64,000 nt of DNA. Origin: Octopus bimaculoides (lineage: Eukaryota). Below, one piece after another: positions 52,290-64,000 of the stretch (position 1 is the stretch's first letter; the number at the start of each line of letters is the position of its first letter). A program made the position numbers and the translations under genes. The stretch covers positions 1,212,316 to 1,276,315 of the forward strand of contig NC_069005.1 in assembly GCF_001194135.2 (NCBI RefSeq), read 5' to 3'. The notes below the pieces were generated by a model that worked only from the letters and a program-made list of their open reading frames with translations, was not told the DNA's origin and searched no databases.

Positions 52290-52682
52290 TGTAAGTATAT
52301 GGTGTGCATGCACGTGTGAGTGTGTGTGTAAACTATAGTGCATAGTTGTGCATATAATGAAAAAGCAGAGAGAGAGAGGGGGGAAGGGGGAATTTATTTT
52401 AATCCAGTGTTTGTGAAGCTGAAAAATGTATTTACTCAGCTTAAAAACGTGCATCATTTGTATTGACTGGATTATAAGTAAATAGTAACATTGTAGTGTG
52501 TGTGTGTGTTGGAGGGGTTAGGGGCTGAATATGAAAAAGCTTAATAAAACATGTAGAGTAATTGAAGATCATCTGCAGAAATATATAATTTATACCAAAA
52601 TGGAATTATTAGGGGTTATAGGGCTTCGAGTTAGAATCAAACCTGATTAAATCCATCTACAAACTTCAACTCTCAATGTTAA

Positions 52683-52904
52683 TACAAGGGAGGGGGGGGG
52701 CGTGAAAAGTTCCTGGGTTGAAGGGTGCCACGAAAGGTCTGGCTGGAGACCCAACCTTCCGAGTTCTTTTACAGGGCTTAGTAAAACTGAAGGGACCACT
52801 GCATCTGAGAGAGGAATGTGTTCAATGAAATCATAATTAACTGATCCTCCTGTATTTACTTTTACCCAAAGCCAGAAATTTTTCAGCCAACCCCCACCCC
52901 ATAT
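52683..52904 (+). mobile_element. Mariner-derived MITE
   Basis: TA-caaggg...tgaaaagttcctgg at the left, ccagaaatttttcagc...TA at the right, with an internal transposase-end remnant. Confidence 0.65.
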
Positions 52905-53281
52905 ATAACCATCATTATTGTTACTATCAGTGTCGTCATCATCATTTCAACATCCACTTTTCCATGCTCACATCAGTCAGATGGAATTCTTTGAAACAGA
53001 TTTTCTACAGCCGGATGCCCTTCCTGAGGCCAACCCTCACCTTTCCCTAAGCAAGAGATTATTTTCAGCATGACCCAAACAAGTTTTCTTGAAAAAGTGG
53101 AAACAAATGACCACCTGTATCACCATGGCAACACTCGTTACAACAATCAGACAATGTCACAGCAAGGTGACACTCAAACACATACACACTGTCCATTCAT
53201 CCATCCATACATACACACTCTTACATAATGAGCTTCTTTCAGTTTCCATATGCCAAGTACATTCACAAGGCTTTTGTTGGC

Positions 53282-53492
53282 CAGTAATCCCTTGCCATAT
53301 CACGGTTCACCTATCACGATTTATTATCTAAGCTTACGTCGATTCCTCCATTTTGCATTTATAATAAAATAAATATATACAAATTATAAAAATAATAATA
53401 AAAAAATATACAGTACTGTTTCTACTTCGCAGATTTTCACCTATTCCAGGGAATTTTAGAATGTAACACCAGAGATAGTAGTGAGATTACTG
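53282..53492. mobile_element. Second copy of the same MITE, inserted into a SINE
   Basis: Shares cagtactgtttctacttNgcagattttca and ataataaaataaatatatacaaattataaaa with 57784-58012. SINE halves lie at 53225-53281 and 53495-53600. Confidence 0.75.
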
Positions 53493-54221
53493 TATACAGC
53501 AGAAGACATTTGTCCAAGGTGCCATGCAGTAGGATTGAACTCAAGATCGCATGATCAGGAAGTGAGCCTCTTAATCACACAGCCACACTTGCACCTCATT
53601 ATTAATAGAAACATTCATTAACCTTTGATACCAATCCACATGAGACCAACCACCCTGGTTCTTTAGTAAAGACTTTCTACTTTAAAAGTAATCCAAATTA
53701 AAACTTCCCATCAAAATTTTATGTTTAATATTTGTTCCCAAAACCTTAATAATCCTTTCTACTGAAGGGACAAGGCTTGAAATTTGGGGGGCAGGGGCTA
53801 GTGTATTACATTGACCCCAGTACTCTGCTGGTACTTAATTTATTGATCCCAAAAGTATAAAAGGTAAAGTCGACCTCAGCGGAATTTGAACTCAAAACGT
53901 AGCGATTGGCGAAATACTGCTAAGCCTTTCACCCAGCATGCCAACGGTTCTGCCAGCTCCCCACCTCTCACCACCTTAATAATGACAAAGGTATTTCACC
54001 AAATTCTTCACTATTTTCAAAATTGTTTGAAACAAAAATATTTCAACAGAAATATGATAACAAGAAGGTTAAAAACAATGGTTTAATGAGAACAACGCCT
54101 AACAACAATGTAGAAAAGAACAATGCAGCAAATCATCATCATCATTGTTTAATGTTCATTCCCCATGGCATGGGTTGGATGGTTTGACCACAGCTCCACT
54201 TGTCTATTTTGACATAGTTTC

Positions 54222-54575
54222 ATCATCGTCGTTTAACGTCCGCTTTCCATGCTGGCAAGGGTTGGACGATTTGAGTGAGGACTGCGAAACCAGAGGGCTG
54301 TACCAGGCTCCAATCTGGTCTGGCAGAGTTTCTACAGCTGGATGCCCTTCCTAACGCCAACCACTCCGAGATTGCAGTGGGTGCTTTTTATGTGCCACCG
54401 GCACGAAGGCCAGTCAGGCAGGTACTGGCAACAGCCACGCTCAAATGGTGTATTTTATGTGCCACCCGCACAAGAGCCAGTCCAGCAGTACTGGCAATGA
54501 TCTCGCTCGAATGTCTTTTCACCTGCCACTGGTACAAGAGCTAGGAAGGCGACGTTGGTAACGATCACGCCGACG
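54222..54575 (-). mobile_element. RTE LINE 3' UTR copy, well preserved
   Basis: catcatcgtcgtttaacgtccgctttccatgc...ctacagctggatgcccttcctaacgccaaccactccgag. Other copies at about 6975-7190, 13929-14150, 22245-22420 and 52935-53060. Confidence 0.8.
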
Positions 54576-57059
54576 TTTATGGCTGAATGCCTTTCCTGAC
54601 ATCAACTACCTTACAGAGTGAGCTGGGTGCTTTTTACATGCCATTGGCATCCTCTTGCACTCATGTAACACTGGCACGAGTGCATTTTAATGTGGAACCA
54701 GCAGCAGTGCATTTTATACCTGCAAGACAAAGATGTCTCAAAGACCTGGGGGAGGAGAGATTGGGGGCACGGCCATAAAGAATATGTCTGGATGGATGGA
54801 TGGATGAATGGATGGATGGTCACGAATTGTTTTAAGAAATGTAATCCTGAAAATTGCTGCCACCACCTCCATCATTATCATTGTTTTAATGCCTACTTTT
54901 CCATGCTCAGATGGGTCAGACGAGAGTATGTTGGGGCCTGATGTCTCTCATGTCACCAATCGTTCATTTGTTTCCCAGCAGACTTAGAAACAGCATGAGT
55001 AAGGGCAGTGATCCACAAATGATTTGAACCTGCACTCTACTTCCCACCATCATTAACATCACTTAATGTCCACCTTTCCATACTTGCATTGGTCAGGTGG
55101 AACTAAATGAGATGAATTTTCTGTCTTGATGCCCTTCCTGTCACCAACCCTCACTTGTTTCCAACCAAGGTACTTTAAAAGCCAAGGTACTACATATGAC
55201 ACATTTCTTCTGTTCTTGAATTGCCATGTGTTTAACGTGATCGCATTAGAAATGGGATACAGAATGTATGATTAGACATATCCAATTTGGGGTTTGTCCC
55301 AACTTGTATGGGTTTCTCTTCTGTGGGTGCATCTTATACACCAGCAAACATGATACTATTTGCTTATGGCCAGGCATGTTTCACAGATTAGAAAGAAACG
55401 ACATCGTGTCCTATCACAGTTTCACATCATTAAACAGTAAAAGCAATTTTAGATAAAAATGGGTTCTTGAGCAGTCATAACCTATTTTACTATTAAATTA
55501 AACTTACATTTCTACAGGAAATACAAAAGGCTTTGGAATCAATGCTTCATAACTCTACTTTTTTTTTATACCCCCACCCCACACACTCACAACTGCCTGC
55601 AAACAAAATATATAAAAACTGATCAGAAAAGCAAACAAACACAGGAAGAACAGATGATCAATGAATATTTTTCAATATTTGAAGTAATTTTTTGTTTAAA
55701 TCAATGAATTTGATAATGCATCATTGTTCAGCTGTGTTCATTATTCTAACAACAGTGAAACAAACGGACACGACATAGTAGAAGCAGTCAAGACATAAAG
55801 GAACTATATGTTGTAACGGACACAGATCTTTAATGATGAACGCTCAAGTAATCAGTTTATCTAGAACTGTGCAGTTACTGTCAACAATGTAAAACTAGAA
55901 CGATGTGGTGAGTGTTACTGTCAAATGAGCAGCGTTGATTGATAGTGTTGAATCTTCTGGGAAGAACACGTTTGGCTGTGGAGAAAGAATACCTTGTATG
56001 GAAACAGGTGAAGATGAACAACTAGAAGGGTCTCTGGCCACAGAAAATCTACCTCAGAGTTGGGTCTGATGCATGTAAGCATGGTAAATCATCATCATCA
56101 TCATCATCGATTGATTAAATAAATACCAGCTGAGCACTGAGGTCAGTGTAATTGACTAACCCTTCTCTCTTGAAATTGTTGGCCAGGCCCCAAAATTTGA
56201 AACCATCATCATCATCATAGTTTGTCCATCTTTACCTTCTGAGATCAACATTGCCTTTCATCATTTTGGGGGTTGATAAAATAAATACCAGTTGCGTATT
56301 GGAGGTTGATCTAATCAACATTCTCCCCCCCCCCCTGAAATTGCTGGCCTTGTGCCACAATTTGAAACGATTGAGCTGGCAGAACCATGAGCAGCATTTC
56401 ATCTGTCTTTACATTCTGAGTTCAAATTCCACCAAATTCAACTCTGCCTTTCACGGTCAATAAAATAAGGACCAGTTGAATCCGGGGGCAGATGTAATTG
56501 ACTTACTCCCTCTTTCAAATTGCTAGGATTATTATATTATTTAATATACTGTGCTGGTGTGTTTACACCCCTGTAACTTAGCAGATTGGCAAAAGAAACT
56601 GATAGAATAAGTACCAGGCTTTTAAAAAAATAAGTACTGGGGTTGATATATTCAATTAAAAATTTTTCAAAGCAGGGTCCCAGGATGGCTGCAGTCCAAT
56701 GACTGAAACAAGTAAGATTAAAGGTATGTGTGTGTGTGTGTGTGTGTGTGTTTGTCCCCTGCAGCACCACTTGACAACTGGTGTCAGTGTGTTTACATTC
56801 CTGTTACTTAGCGGTTTGGCAAAAGAAAAATAACAGAGCAAGTACCAGGCTTGAAATGAAAAAAATTAAAAAATCATGTACCACAGTCGGTTCATATGAG
56901 TAAAATTCTTGAAAAGCAGTGCTCTAGCATGGCCATAGCCTAATGACTGCAACAAGTAAGAAATAAAATTTTTTTTTTTGTTTTTGACATTTTATGACAT
57001 CAGCCAGTCAATAGCAACTGTTTAACTACTTTTCAGTGACAGACTTTGGATCAATAACA

Positions 57060-57770
57060 TAGCAAGTTAGATAAATCAAAGTGTGGGCAACAATGAGAAG
57101 ATTGTCACAGCAACACATGGAAGGACACATCTGGTTAAATTCAAAAGAAATTTTGTTTACATCACAACACATTCTCCAATAAGTGAGAGGAAATTATTTG
57201 AAAACAGGTTTCTTCCTGTAGTAAAGATTGTTTGCCAACATAACATGGCAGTCCTGGATGAGGACAAATGTTGCTGTAATTTAGCCCCAGGAGACCGTCT
57301 CCAGCTGGCTATACGACACGATCTGCATCCTTATATTTTCAAACAAGGGAATCTAGCACCCCCACTCAGCTCAAAACAATATCTGTGTATCGCGATTTCT
57401 GGATTATTTCCTTTCATCAGCACAGAATAATTCCCTTGTTTGAAAATATAAGGACACAGATTGTGTTGTATATAGCCAGCTGGAGACGATGTCTCCTATA
57501 TATATAAATATATAACTTTGATAGGGAAGAGCATATGGTAATTTCAGAGTTTCCTCTTTCCCAAAGTGGATCAAATCAAACTTATCTTCATTTAAAAGCA
57601 TATTGTTTTTTTCCGCCCATTGGACAACAACAGACAGGTCTGACTGAAGGCATGTTCAGTCTCTCATGCCGTTTATGGCTTTCTGGAGTTTGAAATCATC
57701 TGCAAAGGTTTTCAATGTAGAATGTTTGATGACATCTACTATGTCGTTGATGTAAATAATGAACACACGC
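57060..57770 (-). mobile_element. CR1/Jockey-type LINE reverse-transcriptase remnant
   Basis: TLKTFADDFKL, LQSDLSVVVQWAEKNNMLLNEDKFDLIHFGKE, with internal stops. Confidence 0.8.
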
Positions 57771-57783
57771 ACCTGCACATATA

Positions 57784-58012
57784 CAGTAATCCCTTCGCTA
57801 TTGCAGGTATTTCGTTCCAAAACACCCCACGACAGATGAAAATCTGCAAAGTAGAAACAGTACTGTATATTTTTTTTAAATATTTTTATAATTTGTATAT
57901 ATTTATTTTATTATAAATGCTAAACAGAGTGTAGGAAACGACATAAGCTTAAATAATAAACCGTGATAGGTGAACTGTGATAGGTAAACCACAATATGGT
58001 GAGAGATTACTG
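57784..58012. mobile_element. TA-flanked MITE with cagtaatc / gattactg termini (Tigger/pogo type)
   Basis: Terminal inverted repeats and TA on both sides. A second copy lies in the opposite orientation at 53282-53492. Confidence 0.8.
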
Positions 58013-58014
58013 TA

Positions 58015-58044
58015 TATATACACACACAAACACATACATACATA

Positions 58045-58075
<31 letters not shown>

Positions 58076-58560
58076 NNNNNNNNNNNNNNNNNNNNNNNNN
58101 NNNNNNNNNNNNNNNNNNNNNNNNNNNNNNNNNNATATAAATATATATATATATACACACACATTTATACATACATATATGTTTTCATACATGTATATGT
58201 ATACATACATATATATGTATACATACATATACATATATATGTATACATACATATGCATATATATGTATACATACATATGCATATATATGTATACATACAT
58301 ATATATACATACATTTGTATATATATGTATACATATACATATATATGTATACATACATATATATATGTGCATACATATATATATGTATGTATACATATAT
58401 ATATATATGTATACGTATATATACAAATGTATGTATATATATGTATGTATACATACATATATATATATATGTATGCATACATATATATATGTATGCATGC
58501 ATGTATACATACATACGTACATATATATATATGTGTGTGTGTATATGAATATATATCTGT
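58015..58560. repeat. Compound (TA)/(TACA)/(TATG) microsatellite with a gap
   Basis: Direct reading. Similar tracts at 29660-29900, 59085-59400, 61740-61980 and 62980-63060. Confidence 0.9.
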
Positions 58561-58562
58561 GT

Positions 58563-58730
58563 ATATAACATTCGCCATGTTGGACCACTGAACTCAATAA
58601 GGCTCTTTCCTTCTCTCTCTGTTTATTTTCTCGCATTCCTTTCTGTCGAAGAGCGTAGGCTCAAAACATAAAATACTTCTCCATCATTCCCTGAGCGTGA
58701 AACTAATACAATTGTCTTCGTCTTAGTTTT
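58563..58730 (+). repeat. Element of about 165 bp embedded between (TA)n tracts, carrying a decayed hammerhead-like motif
   Basis: ctttCTGTCGAagagcgtaggctcAAAACATAaaat at 58639-58674. Confidence 0.4.
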
Positions 58731-59226
58731 ATATATATATATATATACATATGATGATATACACACATATATATACATATGCATGCGCACACACAAACAC
58801 GCAGATACATACACCAGCGTCACAGCTGGATAGACCAATACGGTAGTAGTGTATGAGCTGAAGCAGTAGAATAACCAGCTGTGCCCTTCGTAGAAGCCAG
58901 GACCCTTTAAGGTGGTTCAGTCCATCAGTATTCAGTCGTAAATGAATCCGGCAGAAGAGGTCCACGTAGCTCAGCACTGTGGCCATAGTATCACTCATGA
59001 GAAATGAATAGCAATTAGTTTATTCAACTTTCTTCAAGGCCTTGATACATGATATTGTGAACCAGTACACAACACTGTTTACAATAATAAGTATATATAT
59101 ATATATATATATAAATACATTTATATTGTTCATATATATATATATATACATACATACATTTATATTGTTTTTATACATATATACATATATATATATACAC
59201 TCACATATATACACATACATTTATAT

Positions 59227-59262
<36 letters not shown>

Positions 59263-59324
59263 CATTTATATTGTTCATATATATATATATATACATACAT
59301 ACATTTATATTGTTCATATATATG

Positions 59325-59361
<37 letters not shown>

Positions 59362-59707
59362 TTATATACATTTATATTGTTTATATATATATATGATATA
59401 TTAACAAATATCAGGGTAGAAAAGATTTTAGAAATGTTTATTACCAGTGGCCTAGCAAGTAGAAAAACTAGTCAATAGACTTCATATTATTCATATAAAT
59501 ACAGTGTACATTTAAACATTTTGACTACTCCTTCTAGCATGTTTCATGTCCTATTATGGCTGTCTTTGGTTCTAAGACGCAAGGTGTTCTTCCATCAGGA
59601 TAATGCTTGGCAACATACAGCAAAGATGACATTCCAAAAGCTGGAGCAGTTTGAATGGGAAAGGATGCCCCACTCACCATACAGATAGATAGATAGATAG
59701 ACAGACA

Positions 59708-59741
<34 letters not shown>

Positions 59742-61898
59742 TTGATATATATATATATATGTATATACTATAGACATCTTTCAGTTTCTGTCTACCAATT
59801 CCATTCAGAAGGTTTTGATCAGCTTGAGGCTGTAATAGAAGACACTTGTCCAAGGCACCATGCAGTAAGACTGAACCCAGAACCATGTAGTTGGAAAGCA
59901 AACTTCTTACTGCAGAGCGAGAACTGGAAATGAGTATCTGATAAGAAAGGTGAGGATAGTTTGGTGAGGGGGAAGTAGTCAGGTGACATGGTGGTAAGGC
60001 GGGGAAGTAGTGTTGTAATGTGACGGTGGTGGTGGTGGTGGTGTGTCAATGTGTTAATACACAAGAGATAGTAAGGTTTAGCCTTTTGTTTGGTCGGAGG
60101 GTGAGGAAATGAAGTAAGAATGTTTATTGATATGGGTTCAAGAGGGGAAAAATAAAAACATGTCCATGAATTCAGCACAGCCTAATTATTTCACACAATC
60201 CAGTTAAAGGTGAATACTTTAAATTTTACAAATGGCCACCACAGAAAAAAAAAACACAAAAAACAAAAATATTTTATTAGTTTACAGGTTTTTTTCCACA
60301 TCTTATGTGTTACATAACAGATCCAGAGAGCTTTTGTGATTTAATGAAACTCTTTTGTTTAGTTTAGTTTAGTTTTTGTGTGTGTGTGTGTGTGTGTTGC
60401 TTGTCAACACAAATAACATATTATTTAATTCTAACCCATAAATAAATATAAATCTATTACTTTATAATTATAAAAGGCTCTGCTAATATTTCACTATATA
60501 ACATTAATTGTTTGTGTTAATAGTGGCCTACATTTGTCTTTTTATCTTCAATAGTTATGAAGTCTGCTGGGAAAACTAGTTTTTTTCCGTCTAACCACTC
60601 CTTGAACCTTTCTTCACCTTGTTCACAAGATATTATTCAGGGACTTGTCTATATTTTATATTTTTATTTTTTTATTACTGTATCACTGCATGGGAGTGGT
60701 TAAATGGTGGTAAAAAAAAATAGGTGAGTCTCTCATTGGAAACTTGTGCACATTGTTCAGTTTTGCCTTTTGCCACTAACAGATTCACCACTATCATCAT
60801 TTGATGTCAACTGTCCCATGTTTGTTCAGGTCACATGGTATTTATTGAGGCAGTTTTTTTTTTTTATAGCTGGATGTTCTTCCTGTTGCCAACCTTCACC
60901 TGTTTCCATGCTAGGACATATTTCACCATGGTCAGACATTAAATAATGAAGATGATGGTGATGTGTGTGTGTGTGTGTGTGTGTGTGTTACCATTTGTAC
61001 TTCTCCAGATATCTTGAGCAGTAAGCATGGATGTTGTTATTTTTCCTACCAACAAATCATCCACTGGCTTTACCGCTTTGAAGATATGTGAAAGAAGAGA
61101 CCTCTTACTTGCGAAACAGTTGAAGGTTAGTGACAGGAAGGGCATCCAGATATAAAACAAAGATACTTCTGAAACTCATGCAAGCATGAGGCAAACAGAC
61201 ATAAAAATGAACAAATGAATTCCAGTAAAAAAGGACCAGAGAGTTGACAGGGTCGGTAAAGGGACAAACAGGATGGTATGCAGCTGGTGGGTTTCCTGGT
61301 CTCTCTGGTATATACATTCCTCCCCTGGATGGGACGCCAGTCTGTTGCAGGATTACTCCTTTTTGCCAGCTGAGTGGACTGGAGCAATGTGAAATGAAGT
61401 GTCTCGCTCAAGAACACAATGCATTGCTTGGTCCAGGAATAAGTCAAGCACCCAAACCACTAAGCCATGCACTTCCACGAAATGGCAGCATTTGGTTATA
61501 ATCCTTGGTAATCTACACTAAAATCCTACAGCAACTGGCTTTGCTTTCATTCTTCCCTGGGCAGAGCAATGAAATAAATACCAGTGAAATTCTGGGGTTG
61601 ATATGATTAAGTGTTCCTCTCGTTAAATTTGCAGTCTTATGCTCATGTAAGGTTCAACGTTATTCCATTAAATATTTTAAATGCTGATAATGTAAAATGA
61701 ATATTTATTCTTACCAGTGATCTGGAACCAACATAGTGGGAAATATATACAATATATACACACACATGCATACACACATATATATGTATGCAGCATGCAT
61801 CTATATATATATATATAGAGAGAGAGAGAGATAGATAGATAGATAGATATGTGAATATATATATAAGTATGTATGTATATGTGTTTATTTATGCAGCA

Positions 61899-61963
<65 letters not shown>

Positions 61964-62978
61964 GTATATTATATACACATAAATCTAAGACAGACAGAAG
62001 ATTGGTGTTATTTAGTTGAACAGCCTTTCAACTAAATAACGGAATAATAACTGAAATGAAACAATTGACAATATAATTTGGCCTTGAAGTGAATGTTACT
62101 ACTGTAACACTTGCAGCTAAATGCTCCCCGTTTTATAGGGGTCGGGCAAGGCTGGGTGAGAGTGGGACGGTGAACAGCACATAACAATCCTCGACACCAT
62201 TTGTGATCTTAAAGTCTTAAAGTACAGGAGCACCACCATTCAAACGCTAGACATTGCATTACCGACACAGATCGTGTTTTAAAGAGAACTGGCTGCACTG
62301 CTCCAGATATGTAACATGACAAGAGAGAGAGAGAGAAAGACAAAGGAAATATAGCATGAAGGATAGGGAATTGACTGAAGGGGGGGGGGCAAGGGACAGG
62401 ACAGTGCCTCTGAAGGTGGGGACAGATGTTGCATGCCCCACTGGTGTGGGTATGAAAATATCTTAGATTGAAATGTCATTAAGTAACAAGTGGAAGAAAC
62501 TTGTAACAACACACACACACACACACAGAGTTGCCAGAAGCATAATCTTTGAATGATGGGCCTCACAGAGGAGATGACAAGTGACTGATAGCTCGGCAAT
62601 ATGCTGTACTCGAGAAGACCCGTCAAGCAAAGTGAAGTTATAGTCGTGGCCGTTGCTGGTGTCATGTAACTGGCACCCATTACACTCTGTGAAGTGGTTG
62701 GCATTAGGAAGGGCACCCAGCTGTAGAAACCATGCCAAATCAGACTTGAACCTTGTGCAGACCTCCAGCTTACCAGTTCCAGTTAAACCGTCCAACCCAT
62801 ACCAGCATGGAAAGCGGATGTACAACATAACTTATACTGAGTGTAAAACCAGAAGGGAGACAAACACAGAAGGTCCTTAATTCTTCATCAGTTATTGACC
62901 AGATGGTATTACTCGGTTTCATTGGTGTGAAACATCGTCCTTATACAGGACTGCCACATTATGCTGGCAAACAAACTT

Positions 62979-63031
<53 letters not shown>

Positions 63032-63049
63032 TACACATACATATATATA

Positions 63050-63320
63050 CATATATATGATGTGCAGGTAGCATGTAAAACACACCATTTCGAGCGTGGC
63101 CATCGCCAGTTCCGCCTGACTGGCCCTCGTGCTGGTGGCATGTAAAACACCCACTACACTCTCGGAGTGGTTGGCGTTAGGAAGGGCATCCAGCTGTAGA
63201 AACGCTGCCAAATCAGATTGGAGCCTGGTGTCGCCTCCTGGTCCACCAGTCCTCAGTCAAATCGTCCAACCCATGCTAGCATGGAAAGCGGACGTTAAAC
63301 GATGATGATGATGATGATGA
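63050..63320 (+). mobile_element. RTE LINE 3' UTR copy with (GAT)n tail
   Basis: Reverse complement of the 54222-54575 family. Similar copies at about 46975-47280, 62530-62830 and 32200-32275. Confidence 0.8.
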
Positions 63321-63961
63321 TATATATACACACACCTACATATATATACATACACATATGTATACATATATACATACAATCACACATAGACATGTATGTA
63401 TCTATGTATCTATGTATGTATGTGTATGTGTGTGTGTATGTATGTATGTATAATACAATTTAATGCAGGTCACTTTTAAACTGAATACAATAAAGTTAAG
63501 TGAGTGCTATTTAGCGAGCAATTTTGAAAAGCTGTTCAGAGAAGCTCTTGAAGAAATGATATGAAATACTTGACCCTCTTCTCACAGGAATTCTCTCCTC
63601 AACAAAAAAATTCTTTGATGTTTAAGCCAAGAATTTCCTTCCCTAACTGGAGTGGTTGCATGAGCAGCGAACAAATGAGACTTTATGTGGTCACTCAGCC
63701 TCTGAGAAATAACAGCTAAATCTTCCTAAAATCGTATCATACCATGTTGAGGAAGTAAAGTACACAATGGAGGATATAGTTTGGAGTAGACTAGGCCAGA
63801 GGGAGAGAAAAAAATGGATGGGGATGGCAGGAATGTCTTTGATTGGCATGTTTCAGGATTGAGACTTTGGGCTAAACAGTAACAAGAGTGGCAGTAGCAG
63901 CAGTCCTAGACTGGGAGTTCTTATGATCTGTAGACTGTCATCAAAATAGACTATCTATCTA

Positions 63962-64000
<39 letters not shown>

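Noticed and set aside
55756-55907. Plus-strand exon-like segment with caacag acceptor and gtgagt donor
   Set aside because: Stops in all frames and no partner exons identified, so it cannot be distinguished from chance.
62880-62945. GAAAC...GTA...CTGATGA on the minus strand (possible type II hammerhead)
   Set aside because: Stems I and II do not pair next to the core.
1-64000. CRISPR arrays, operons, rRNA genes, prokaryotic systems
   Set aside because: Sequence is intron-containing eukaryotic DNA. No regularly spaced repeat-spacer arrays or rRNA-like segments were seen.

Overview
Eukaryotic, AT-rich, microsatellite-rich genomic DNA with several assembly gaps. The repeat families (tRNA-headed SINEs, Nin-type SINEs, RTE LINE tails ending in (CAT)n/(ATG)n) look like those of Octopus (coleoid cephalopod); this is an inference. 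Two protein-coding genes lie tail to tail. (1) A PHF21A/BHC80 orthologue on +: 11 phase-consistent coding exons from 4665 to 18651 (541 aa; AT-hook, PHD finger, C-terminal coiled coil). Its N-terminal exons were not found. (2) An SLC45A3 (prostein) orthologue on -: two coding exons, 50262-48811 and 39832-39536 (582 aa). The rest is SINEs, RTE and CR1-type LINE fragments, Tigger and mariner relics, MITEs and simple repeats. Best leads: a near-complete type I hammerhead-ribozyme fold inside a 68-bp fold-back at about 32.0 kb, with related GAAAC-containing elements elsewhere; an upstream ORF in frame with SLC45A3 and separated from it by one TGA; Asp-to-Gly at the H3K4me0-reading position of the PHF21A PHD finger; and a chain of minus-strand non-coding exon candidates at 29-33 kb. 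Gene coordinates were counted by hand. Repeat boundaries are approximate. No database searches were run.
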